This document shows positions 6,833 through 15,405 of a DNA stretch of 15,405 bases, one piece after another. A program made the position numbers and the translations under genes. Source of the DNA: an uncultured Bacilli bacterium (GTDB taxonomy: Bacteria > Bacillota_I > Bacilli_A > RF39 > UBA660); NCBI GenBank assembly GCA_947626095.1, contig CANQQV010000028.1:1-15405 (forward strand), given 5' to 3'. The notes beneath the pieces are model-generated. The model made no database searches and was not told where the DNA came from. It saw only the letters and a list, made by a program, of their open reading frames with translations. How positions within the stretch are numbered: the stretch's first letter is position 1; the number at the start of each line of letters is the position of its first letter.

Positions 6833-9800
6833 GTATTTATAATTAAGTTTACTTCTTTAGAAGCACGTTCATCATATGGTAAGATGTACTTAATATAATT
6901 ATTCTTTTCAGTTACGAATAAGACAAAATCATCACCTAAGTAGATAGTTTTCATTACACTTAGAGAAACATCTTCAATTAATTCATCAGGATTTTCTAGT
7001 TGCCATAAATACATAATAGCACTTATTTTATCTAAGTATTCTTCACCAATATTATTACTTAATTTAATAACTGTATTTCTTTTTCTTAAGTATTTAGCAT
7101 CAGCATCATAGTATTTAAAGTTGTTTTTATCAACAATGTCATTACTAGCAAGTAGAGTACTTATATTATCTTCATAATTAGTATATATATCATCAGGATT
7201 AAGTAAATTCTTATTAGAAGCAAAATCATCGTAATCAATATATACTTTATTAATTGGATTATTAATAATAGGACATAATGTTGTATCAACATTTAAGCCA
7301 TTACGACTTTGATAGATATTATTATTAACGATAGTAACGTATTCTATTGGTTCGTTATTATCTTTAGTAATACTTATTAAACGCATTGCAAAGTTTCTTA
7401 AAAGTTCATTGTATTCAGTATCTTTACAACCTTCTAAAGCGTTTAAGTATAATGTATTACCATTTCTAAGACCTAAGATTTTAGCAACTAATGTATTGTT
7501 ATAGTAAATTCCTAGTTGAATACCATTTTTATCTAAAATAGAATAATGTAAGAAATCGTTACCAATAGCACCGACTTTAAATAAAGAACCTTTAATACTT
7601 TTTAAGATATCTTGATTATAGTTATCTAAAACTTTTATTTCATAATCATTATCAATGTAGTTTAAATATGGAATAGTACTACTAATCCTTTTAAATGAAT
7701 CTTTAAATAAGTTCATAAGAATTTCAATACGTTTATTTAGATCTAAGACTTCATAGTAACCATCGTCATATGTGGCTTTAATAATATTTTTATCTAAGAT
7801 TTTAGATAATGGATTGTTATCGAAGTTAATTAAAGTAAGAATATTTTCAATGTTAATTAAAGTCATGCTGTTAATATCTAAATCAAGATTAGTGATATAT
7901 TCTTTTATTTTTGGCCATTTAGAGATAATAACGCCCAAGTTATCAACAATACCATCGTAATAACCATCAGCAACCATAATTAAATTCTTTTTATCGATTA
8001 AGAAAGTCTTTAATTCATCATCTATCTTTTGATAGTTGAGTAAATCATAACCATTAAAAATATTTTCAATATCTTTTAAAGATAGAACACGTTTTTTTAG
8101 CTCATAGTATTTAGTAGTAATAGGGAAGGTGAATTCTTCTTTTTCTAAAGCTTTTAAATAGTCATGATTAAAGGCATTTTTAACTTTTTCAGTACTAATA
8201 TTGCGGTTGGCGTAATTAGCTGTTTTGGTGATAATATCATCTAATATTTCTATGTAATTGTTATATTCAATAATTTCGTCAATATTATAAATATCAATAT
8301 TATCTTTATAAATAAACTTATAAGTATTTTTATCGATATATATTTCACCATTTAAGTTTTTTACTAGTTCTTGATATTTATTAATTAATTTTTTAGTCGT
8401 AGGAGTTATTTTAAAAGATAATTCTTCTTGATAGCAGATAGTATTCATTATTTCTAATACTTCATTATCTTTATATGTACTTCTTAATCTTTCAATTTTA
8501 GCATTTAACTCGGTAATACTATTAATATCTTGAAGATACTTTATATAAATATCAGCATCTTTAGGTTTTTTAATACCTAAGTGGTTTAAACAATTCTCTT
8601 TATCAAAGCGATCATTAATAATAGGGGTTAAAACATGTTCTAAGATACTATCAAAATCGACATCTTTACTAGCTAGTAATTTAAGATATTTATCTTTAAT
8701 TTTATCGATTGGATAATTATCTTTAAAATAGGGAATATAAGATTCTTTGTTAGGATCAGTTAAGGCTCTAACAAAGAGTTTGAACTTTAACTTGTTAATA
8801 TACAAATTACCAAATTCTTTTCTTTTGGTATAAATAACTCTTTCTTTAGGCTTAAAGTTTTTCATTATTAATTTATCGAAGTTACTGTTATATTCATTAT
8901 ATTTATTATCAATATATAAAGTAGTGAAGGCGTTGGTATAATCGTATAGTTGTTTTTTAGCGTTGTAGTTATCATAAGATGAATATTTTAGATAATCATA
9001 AAATTTATCAATAATCGAATTATATGTATCAAAATTATTATCTAACATAATATATATAACATTGTCTAAGTAAGTATTTTTTCTTATTTCATTAGCAAAT
9101 TCGTTAATGTTGTTAGTAGGTTCAATATTTTTTAAATTATTTATAATTTTTTTCGCCATATTTTGAAAAATAGATGAATTGTTTTCTTTAAAGATAAGAA
9201 TTCTTTCGTTAATAATATCGTGTTGTAAAGTTTGGATTTCATTTAAAGTTATATTCATATTACCATTATTAACGATTTTTAAAGTTTCATCTAAGCCAAG
9301 AGTTAGATAACTAATTAAAGTACTTTTATAACTTAAAACAGATGGTTTGAAATCTTGTTTAGATAATAATGATTTCATACGAATTGTTTCATATAAATAA
9401 CTAACTTCATCAAAATCTATTTCGTTTATTTGGTCATCACTTAAGTTGAATAACTTTTTAATTAATTGACGATTTTTAAAGATTTTTAAGTCTATTTTTT
9501 CTTCAAAGTAACGATCAATATAAGATATTGTATCAGTTGTGTTAAAAGTATTTAATATTTCCGGAATATCAAAAATCTTGTTTATATTAAGTTTTTTGTT
9601 AAGACATAAATTAATTATTTCGTAATTACTTAATTTATCTAAAATATATGGAAGGGTTATAAAATATAAAACGTCTTCACTATCTAAAAGATTAAGCATT
9701 TCATAAACCATGTTATGTTCTGATTTATAAATAAGAATAGGGCTATCTAAGAAACCTTTAACAAAGATTGCATCTTTATCTGTAACTTTAATATGAAGAT

Positions 9801-10986
9801 TATTAATCTTATCAAAGATAATTTTTCTTTGTAACATATTGAAAGCAGCTTTGAAACTTAATTTGTTAATTAATAATTCAATGGCATATGAACTGGTATC
9901 ATTAATAAAATTATCATCTCTTAAATTATTGACGATATCTTCTTCAGAAAATTTATTATTAATCGCTTCGATAATGATAGTATCGATGAAACGATTAAAT
10001 AGGGAGTAATCATTAAATATTTGAGTTTGTAAATCTTTACTTAGGTCTTCAAAAGGATATACACTAATACTATCTTTAGGACATCTCTTTAAATTATCAA
10101 GACTAAAATAAGTATTAGCATCTTCATTATTATATTTATATAGCTTTTGGATAATAGAACTAAATGATTCGTCGTCTAAATGTTTATCTTTGCTTATTTT
10201 AGTTATTTCGATAATATTGAATAAATCAAGATATTTATGGTTAAACTTACCGATAAAGTTAGGATTAGTTAATAGAAAGTTGTAAATATTTTCATTATCA
10301 ACATTATTAAAAATTAAACCATTAGGTTCGATATAATCATATATTTCTTTATTACTTGTATATAGGTTATAGAAATCTTCAAAATTTTTACATTTCTTTA
10401 ATAATATTTTAGTAAATGATTCTTTAGTTAAGATACGACATGTTTCATTGTTGTTAAGATTTAAAAGAGAAATAACAGAATATGAGCAATTGATATGTAA
10501 ACTAGCAGAAGGTATCTTAGCTATTAATTCATTATCTTTAATAATAGTAGCTAAGAATTCATTATCTTTTAAGTTAATATTATTAATTTCTTCATTAATA
10601 AACAAAATATCTGTATCATTATATCTTTTTTTATCTTTTAGATATGATAGTTTATCATCAATATCTAAAGTATTCCATAATGAAAGGAAAAGACTATTGT
10701 CTTTAATAACTTCTTCATATTCTGTTTGATTATATATAATAGATAATCTTTGTTCTTTATTTAAATTAACGAGAAAATCATTTAGATATTGATCATACAT
10801 ATAATAATTTTCATTAGTTTTAGTTGACATTAGAAGACGTAAGTCTTCAAGAAGATTATCACTATTTTGTAAATACTTAATAATTGCTTCGAGATTATTA
10901 TTATCCTTTTTTGATAGTTTAGAACTCTTGTATAATAAAGAATGAATAATATTTTCTAAGATTACTTTTAATTCATTTATATTCAT
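6817..10986 (-). CDS. Large hypothetical protein (1389 aa), probably cytoplasmic
   Basis: 4.2-kb uninterrupted ORF with SD GAAGGGG. No signal peptide or TM segment seen. No family recognised with confidence. Confidence 0.85.
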   Translation of the reverse strand: MNINELKVILENIIHSLLYKSSKLSKKDNNNLEAIIKYLQNSDNLLEDLRLLMSTKTNENYYMYDQYLNDFLVNLNKEQRLSIIYNQTEYEEVIKDNSLFLSLWNTLDIDDKLSYLKDKKRYNDTDILFINEEINNINLKDNEFLATIIKDNELIAKIPSASLHINCSYSVISLLNLNNNETCRILTKESFTKILLKKCKNFEDFYNLYTSNKEIYDYIEPNGLIFNNVDNENIYNFLLTNPNFIGKFNHKYLDLFNIIEITKISKDKHLDDESFSSIIQKLYKYNNEDANTYFSLDNLKRCPKDSISVYPFEDLSKDLQTQIFNDYSLFNRFIDTIIIEAINNKFSEEDIVNNLRDDNFINDTSSYAIELLINKLSFKAAFNMLQRKIIFDKINNLHIKVTDKDAIFVKGFLDSPILIYKSEHNMVYEMLNLLDSEDVLYFITLPYILDKLSNYEIINLCLNKKLNINKIFDIPEILNTFNTTDTISYIDRYFEEKIDLKIFKNRQLIKKLFNLSDDQINEIDFDEVSYLYETIRMKSLLSKQDFKPSVLSYKSTLISYLTLGLDETLKIVNNGNMNITLNEIQTLQHDIINERILIFKENNSSIFQNMAKKIINNLKNIEPTNNINEFANEIRKNTYLDNVIYIMLDNNFDTYNSIIDKFYDYLKYSSYDNYNAKKQLYDYTNAFTTLYIDNKYNEYNSNFDKLIMKNFKPKERVIYTKRKEFGNLYINKLKFKLFVRALTDPNKESYIPYFKDNYPIDKIKDKYLKLLASKDVDFDSILEHVLTPIINDRFDKENCLNHLGIKKPKDADIYIKYLQDINSITELNAKIERLRSTYKDNEVLEIMNTICYQEELSFKITPTTKKLINKYQELVKNLNGEIYIDKNTYKFIYKDNIDIYNIDEIIEYNNYIEILDDIITKTANYANRNISTEKVKNAFNHDYLKALEKEEFTFPITTKYYELKKRVLSLKDIENIFNGYDLLNYQKIDDELKTFLIDKKNLIMVADGYYDGIVDNLGVIISKWPKIKEYITNLDLDINSMTLINIENILTLINFDNNPLSKILDKNIIKATYDDGYYEVLDLNKRIEILMNLFKDSFKRISSTIPYLNYIDNDYEIKVLDNYNQDILKSIKGSLFKVGAIGNDFLHYSILDKNGIQLGIYYNNTLVAKILGLRNGNTLYLNALEGCKDTEYNELLRNFAMRLISITKDNNEPIEYVTIVNNNIYQSRNGLNVDTTLCPIINNPINKVYIDYDDFASNKNLLNPDDIYTNYEDNISTLLASNDIVDKNNFKYYDADAKYLRKRNTVIKLSNNIGEEYLDKISAIMYLWQLENPDELIEDVSLSVMKTIYLGDDFVLFVTEKNNYIKYILPYDERASKEVNLIINTIEEN

Positions 10987-11010
10987 ATGAACCCCTTCTT
11001 ATTATATTTA

Positions 11011-11019
11011 ATTATAACA
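11011..11019 (-). promoter_or_regulatory. Extended -10 sigma-A promoter of the 1389-aa gene
   Basis: Minus strand TGTTATAAT about 25 nt upstream of ATG 10986. Confidence 0.6.
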
Positions 11020-11027
11020 TATAAAAG

Positions 11028-11057
11028 AAAAAGACTTAAGATAATTTAAGTCTTTTT
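11028..11057 (-). terminator. Intrinsic terminator after the sortase gene
   Basis: AAAAAGACTTAA (11028-11039), 6-nt loop, TTAAGTCTTTTT (11046-11057). Confidence 0.75.
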
Positions 11058-12654
11058 ATGAACTTTGTGTAGTTTCATCGGGATTAATGGTTGTTTCTTC
11101 AACTAGAACAGCGTGGACTACTAAACGATTATTATTATCTAAACAAGTAGATAGAGTAACTATTTTATCGTTGCTAGTTAGTTCGACGTCAAATTTTATT
11201 TGACTTCGTTTTTGTAATTTATTGTAGAATTTAAGACGATCGTTGTCCTTTAAGAATGAAGTATATAGATAATCGTTTGTAACATGAATACCATAAACAG
11301 AGAAGATACGCCATTTATAACCATGTTCCATAGTATTATAAGTAATATAATTATTTTCTTCTTTTTCAAAGAAAGATTTTTTACGAAGCTTTTGTAAAGT
11401 ACCAAACATAACACCACTAGAGAAACGGTTATGACCAAAGATAATAGTATTATCTTCTAAATCTTTAGGATTATTACGATAATCCATAAATAACCAGCCA
11501 TTAAAGTCAGTTTCATTATAGAAATTATGATCTAAGTAGTATGCGTTGTCTTCACTTTGAACAACAGGATAATCGACTTTAGTTCCAGGAATCATTAACC
11601 AACCAACCATGTTCTTATTGACTTCTAATAGAGCATCATAAGAACCGGGGATGAAGTATGAAGTATTAACTTCTTCAATATTTTTTGATGTTTCATCACT
11701 AATAATCTGATCGATATCTTGACGAATATCGTTGACTTTTAATTCTGAGTTATAGTTATTATAGAAGATATATCCTAAGACAGAGGCGATTATTATAAAA
11801 ATAATAGAAGCACAAATCTTTAAGGTTGTAAAAATAACTTGTTGTAAATAATTCTTCTCTAAATAATCATCAGAATAGATTAAAGATATTTTTACTTTAT
11901 ATCGATGTTTTAAATCTTTATTAATATTTCTTAATCTAATAATAGCATTTTCATCGTCAATATCATCATGTAATTGAATAGAAAGATTTTTCTTTTTAAC
12001 CTTTTTAATAATGTTGACAATGTTTAGAATATTTTCTTCAGAGTATTTATCAAAATGGATAACTTTAAGATATTTATTAATACTAAAGAAAGTTTCGATA
12101 TCTTTTAAATCATCAACAGTTAGAGTATTAGGAATTCTAACGTTGGTCTTATAATAAATTTTAGAAAATGATGTAAGGTTGTTGGAAGACATGAAGTTAC
12201 TAGTAAATAATACTTCGTAACGAGATTCAACTTTAATATCATTTTTATCCAATAATTCGATTAAGAATTCAGGGATACTATAGCAATCAATTTTTTTAAT
12301 GTTTTTAGCTTTAATTATTTTGTCACATAATTCATAAGAAACTACTTCATCTTCTGTAATAACAAAATTAGTTATTAAATTTAAACGAGATATTATGTCA
12401 ATTATTAGTAAAGCTATTTCTAATGAACTTACTTTAATTTCAGTTATTTCTCTAATCTTAGCTAGATCAGAAAGGAATAAACCAACTAATTTAGAATTTT
12501 CTTTTAAATATTCATCACTAAATACTAATTCGTTATTAGATATAACATTAGTATTTAAAAGATTAGTTGCAACTGGTTTATTAGTACGATACTTAAATAT
12601 TAGGGAATTATCTTGAATTTGAACAGTTATTTTTTTCATCGTACTCATCTCCAT
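11056..12654 (-). CDS. srtB: Class B sortase with a ~270-aa N-terminal extension
   Basis: VGWLMIPGTKVDYPVVQ, DNAYYLDHNF, NTIIFGHN (His), MFGTL, VTLSTC (Cys), RLVVHAVL (Arg). Single TM helix at about residues 272-298. Confidence 0.9.
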   Translation of the reverse strand: MEMSTMKKITVQIQDNSLIFKYRTNKPVATNLLNTNVISNNELVFSDEYLKENSKLVGLFLSDLAKIREITEIKVSSLEIALLIIDIISRLNLITNFVITEDEVVSYELCDKIIKAKNIKKIDCYSIPEFLIELLDKNDIKVESRYEVLFTSNFMSSNNLTSFSKIYYKTNVRIPNTLTVDDLKDIETFFSINKYLKVIHFDKYSEENILNIVNIIKKVKKKNLSIQLHDDIDDENAIIRLRNINKDLKHRYKVKISLIYSDDYLEKNYLQQVIFTTLKICASIIFIIIASVLGYIFYNNYNSELKVNDIRQDIDQIISDETSKNIEEVNTSYFIPGSYDALLEVNKNMVGWLMIPGTKVDYPVVQSEDNAYYLDHNFYNETDFNGWLFMDYRNNPKDLEDNTIIFGHNRFSSGVMFGTLQKLRKKSFFEKEENNYITYNTMEHGYKWRIFSVYGIHVTNDYLYTSFLKDNDRLKFYNKLQKRSQIKFDVELTSNDKIVTLSTCLDNNNRLVVHAVLVEETTINPDETTQSS

Positions 12655-12672
12655 TTTACTATTTACTATTTA

Positions 12673-12700
12673 ATAATATCATAAAATGTAAAATTTTCAA
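12673..12700 (-). promoter_or_regulatory. Putative sigma-A promoter of the sortase gene
   Basis: Minus strand TTGAAA, 16 nt, TATTAT, with TG at the extended -10 position. Confidence 0.5.
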
Positions 12701-12728
12701 AAAAAATTCGCACAAGATATTTTTTTCA

Positions 12729-12737
12729 TGCTACAAT
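12729..12737 (+). promoter_or_regulatory. Extended -10 promoter of surface protein copy 1
   Basis: TGCTACAAT, at the position equivalent to TGTTATAAT upstream of copy 2. Confidence 0.55.
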
Positions 12738-12775
12738 TATTTTAATAATAAAATAATAAGTATAGGAGATGTATT

Positions 12776-13627
12776 ATGAAAGAAATTAAAAATGTATTAT
12801 TGGTTCTTTTAATGTCTGTTTGTTCATTATTAATAGTCAACGTTATGACAGTTAAAGCGCAAGCTGGTATTGGTTTTAGTAATTTGAACCCAGTTTGTGA
12901 TCCAAGTGAAGATTTAAAGCTAGGAGAAAAAACAACTTGTTATGTACTTGGTAAAGGTACAGTAACAGTACCAGAAGGTGACAATGCTGAAAAGCAAGGT
13001 TTAACACACGGTTTTGTTGTAAGAATGTATACAACAGATGGTTTACTTTTTGATGAAGTTCAACCATATATAAATAACACTAATGCTGTTGCTTATTCTG
13101 CATCTGCAGGAAGTGATACACAGAATAGTTTTAAAGCTGGCGATGAAACAGTTAATTTTACTTGTTCATTTAATGGTAATTTAGCTGCTGAAAATTCTGC
13201 TTATCAATTTGAAGCTGGCGATATTTATAAGTGTGCTATTTATTATTCAAATAGTAAAGATCCATTAATTACTGTAAAATCAGGTGAACCAACAACTAAC
13301 ATTCAAGGACTTACAGGAAAAGATAATGGTATCATGGTTATTGGTAAAGTAATAGCTCATATTGATGAAAATAAAAAAGGTGAAACAAGCTGTGGAGAGT
13401 TATGTGTATATTCTACAGAAATAAAAACTACTAGTGAATATCAAAATGGATTACAAAGCTCAGAAAGATATTTATGTACAGAAGTTCACTTCAAAGATGA
13501 TAGTAGTACTTCACCTGGACCAAATACAGGAGCATTTGCCTCATATGCATTATTAGCTGCTGGTGCTTTAGTAGCAATTGGAGCAGTAACAATTGCTAGA
13601 AGAAATAATAAATTCTATAAAGTTTAA
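12776..13627 (+). CDS. Secreted Cys-rich surface protein with sortase sorting signal (GPNTG), copy 1
   Basis: SD AGGAG, signal peptide ending VKA, 7 Cys in the mature part, C-terminal SPGPNTG + hydrophobic helix + RRNNK tail. Confidence 0.88.
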   Translation: MKEIKNVLLVLLMSVCSLLIVNVMTVKAQAGIGFSNLNPVCDPSEDLKLGEKTTCYVLGKGTVTVPEGDNAEKQGLTHGFVVRMYTTDGLLFDEVQPYINNTNAVAYSASAGSDTQNSFKAGDETVNFTCSFNGNLAAENSAYQFEAGDIYKCAIYYSNSKDPLITVKSGEPTTNIQGLTGKDNGIMVIGKVIAHIDENKKGETSCGELCVYSTEIKTTSEYQNGLQSSERYLCTEVHFKDDSSTSPGPNTGAFASYALLAAGALVAIGAVTIARRNNKFYKV

Positions 13628-13650
13628 AAAAGGCCTTTGGTCTTTTTTTT
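13626..13650 (+). terminator. Intrinsic terminator after copy 1
   Basis: AAAAAAGGCC-TTT-GGTCTTTTTTTT. Confidence 0.7.
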
Positions 13651-13712
13651 ATATGTTAAAGTAGGTTAGTTATGTAAAATAGATAAAAATATTTCCACAA
13701 TACATATTTTCA

Positions 13713-13721
13713 TGTTATAAT
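13713..13721 (+). promoter_or_regulatory. Extended -10 promoter of surface protein copy 2
   Basis: Consensus TGTTATAAT about 40 nt upstream of ATG 13761. Confidence 0.65.
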
Positions 13722-13760
13722 AATAGCAGAATAAGGAAGAATAAGTATAGGAGATGTATT

Positions 13761-14612
13761 ATGAAAGAAATTAAAAATGTATTATTGGTTCTTTTGATAT
13801 CTGTTTGTTCATTATTACTAGTTAATGTTATGACAGTTAAAGCACAAGCTGGTATTGGTTTTAGTAATTTGAACCCAGTTTGTGATCCAAGCGAAGATTT
13901 AAAACTAGGAGAAAAAACAACTTGTTATGTACTTGGTAAAGGTACAGTAACAGTACCAGAAGGTGACAATGCTGAAAAGCAAGGTTTAACACACGGTTTT
14001 GTTGTAAGAATGTATACAACAGATGGTTTACTTTTTGATGAAGTTCAACCATATATAAATAACACTAATGCTGTTGCTTATTCTGCATCTGCAGGAAGTG
14101 ATACACAGAATAGTTTTAAAGCTGGCGATGAAACAGTTAATTTTACTTGTTCATTTAATGGTAATTTAGCTGCTGAAAATTCTGCTTATCAATTTGAAGC
14201 TGGCGATATTTATAAGTGTGCTATTTATTATTCAAATAGTAAAGATCCATTAATTACTGTAAAATCAGGTGAACCAACAACTAACATTCAAGGACTTACA
14301 GGAAAAGATAATGGTATCATGGTTATTGGTAAAGTAATAGCTCATATTGATGAAAATAAAAAAGGTGAAACAAGCTGTGGAGAGTTATGTGTATATTCTA
14401 CAGAAATAAAAACTACTAGTGAATATCAAAATGGATTACAAAGCTCAGAAAGATATTTATGTACAGAAGTTCACTTCAAAGATGATAGTAGTACTTCACC
14501 TGGACCAAATACAGGAGCATTTGCCTCATATGCATTATTAGCTGCTGGAGCTTTAATTGCTGTTAGTGCTGTTGCTATTGCAAAGAAACATAATAAGATT
14601 TATAGAGTTTAG
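13761..14612 (+). CDS. Secreted Cys-rich surface protein with sortase sorting signal (GPNTG), copy 2
   Basis: Same mature sequence as copy 1. Differs only in the signal peptide and in the TM/tail (LIAVSAVAIAKKHNKIYRV). Confidence 0.88.
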   Translation: MKEIKNVLLVLLISVCSLLLVNVMTVKAQAGIGFSNLNPVCDPSEDLKLGEKTTCYVLGKGTVTVPEGDNAEKQGLTHGFVVRMYTTDGLLFDEVQPYINNTNAVAYSASAGSDTQNSFKAGDETVNFTCSFNGNLAAENSAYQFEAGDIYKCAIYYSNSKDPLITVKSGEPTTNIQGLTGKDNGIMVIGKVIAHIDENKKGETSCGELCVYSTEIKTTSEYQNGLQSSERYLCTEVHFKDDSSTSPGPNTGAFASYALLAAGALIAVSAVAIAKKHNKIYRV

Positions 14613-14613
14613 T

Positions 14614-14640
14614 AAAACGGAGTTAGAGCTCCGTTTTTTT
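14614..14640. terminator. Intrinsic (likely bidirectional) terminator
   Basis: AAAACGGAGT-TAGA-GCTCCGTTTTTTT between convergent genes. Confidence 0.8.
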
Positions 14641-14676
14641 GTGGATAAATGTAAATGTCATTTATATTTTTAATAT

Positions 14677-15405
14677 TTATGAAATCGGCATACTAAGTCG
14701 TTTAGATAATTCTTCTTTTGACATACCTGAATTAATAAGCTTTAGTAAATTTGCTCTTTCTTTTTGTCTTCCAGTTTTAATGCCTTCTTTTATACCATCT
14801 TCTTTAGCTTCTTTTAAATCAGCTTCTAATACATCTTTTAAATATTTTTGTTCTTCGTATTCTCTTTGCATAGCTTTATATTGATTTACGATTTTCTCCA
14901 TGTCTTTCATAACACTCTCCCTTTCTTTATTTCCTTTAGCATATATCGTCATCTCTTTAAAACTAGTTGCATCAAACATTACATAATCTAATTGTTTTTC
15001 CATGTCTTGATTATAGCATAAGTTAGACAATATTGGTATATAAATATTAATTATCTTAATACTATTTAAATCTAAATTATTATCTTTATCTTTTAATGTA
15101 TAGATAGATGTTCCTATCTCTTTTCTATCTTTAGAATAAAAGTTATTTAAGTTTACTTGAATAACTTTTATTTTATCGATATAACTTGTTTGATTATCTT
15201 TAGCATAGTATTCTCCGGCTATCTTATAGAGATATGATTCATTACGATTACTTAGTCCTTTATTATATTTAGTGTTAAGCTCAATATTTATTTTTATCTT
15301 TTTATCAGGTGATTCTAATAAGATATCAACTATATTACCTTTACTATCTTTTCTTTTAATAGGTAGTTCATTAGGGATTAAGATAAAGTTACTAATATCA
15401 AAGTT
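14677..15405 (-). CDS. Rpn-family PD-(D/E)XK nuclease (putative transposase), 5'-truncated by the window edge
   Basis: The frame of the 117-aa ORF stays open to base 15405: NFDISNFILIPNELPIKRKDSKGNIVDILLE...INIELNTKYNKGLSNRNESYLYKI...VIQVNLNNF... It ends in the typical KEDGIKEGIKTG repeat and HTH-like LINSGMSKEELSKRL. Confidence 0.8.
   Translation of the reverse strand, partial: NFDISNFILIPNELPIKRKDSKGNIVDILLESPDKKIKINIELNTKYNKGLSNRNESYLYKIAGEYYAKDNQTSYIDKIKVIQVNLNNFYSKDRKEIGTSIYTLKDKDNNLDLNSIKIINIYIPILSNLCYNQDMEKQLDYVMFDATSFKEMTIYAKGNKERESVMKDMEKIVNQYKAMQREYEEQKYLKDVLEADLKEAKEDGIKEGIKTGRQKERANLLKLINSGMSKEELSKRLSMPIS

Larger units (their letters stand above)
12756..14548 (+). repeat. Direct tandem duplication with 985-bp period
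   Basis: 12756-13563 matches 13741-14548. By eye 12920-13563 is identical to 13905-14548. Confidence 0.92.

Noticed and set aside
7772-12616. Short ORFs 7772-7960, 10448-10729, 11250-11438 and 12395-12616
   Set aside because: All are nested in long genes (antisense or alternative frame), with the hydrophobic composition expected from AT-rich shadow frames.
12776-14612. Diversity-generating retroelement template/variable repeat pair
   Set aside because: No reverse transcriptase in the window, both copies are full genes, and the differences are mostly synonymous and not adenine-specific.
12876-14884. Short ORFs 12876-13067, 13861-14052 and 14639-14884
   Set aside because: Antisense shadows of the surface-protein and Rpn genes. 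The first two recur only because of the duplication.
14677-15030. 117-aa stand-alone gene starting at TTG 15030
   Set aside because: The frame is open to the window end and contains the nuclease motifs upstream, so this is the tail of a longer gene.

Overview
Very AT-rich, Firmicutes-like chromosomal window rich in cell-surface genes. The main discovery is a collagen-like (Gly-X-Y) gene split in two: 5' half at 159-550 and an unannotated 3' half at 3797-4021. Between them lies a 3248-bp element (551-3798) carrying a 37-aa micro-ORF, a large serine recombinase and two membrane cargo genes. The element ends are a 19/20-bp inverted repeat, each next to a directly repeated AC dinucleotide. Excision at AC would give a symmetric attP circle and restore an in-frame 204-aa protein with 39 continuous GXY triplets, like the skin-type gene-interrupting elements of spore-formers. 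Further along are a CAP-domain membrane protein, a GT2-TPR glycosyltransferase (candidate collagen glycosylase), a 1389-aa unknown protein and a class B sortase with a long N-terminal extension. Two tandem GPNTG-anchored surface proteins with identical mature regions follow. The window ends in a 5'-truncated Rpn-family PD-(D/E)XK gene that has signals for an internal small protein. All product calls come from motif recognition by eye; no searches were run.
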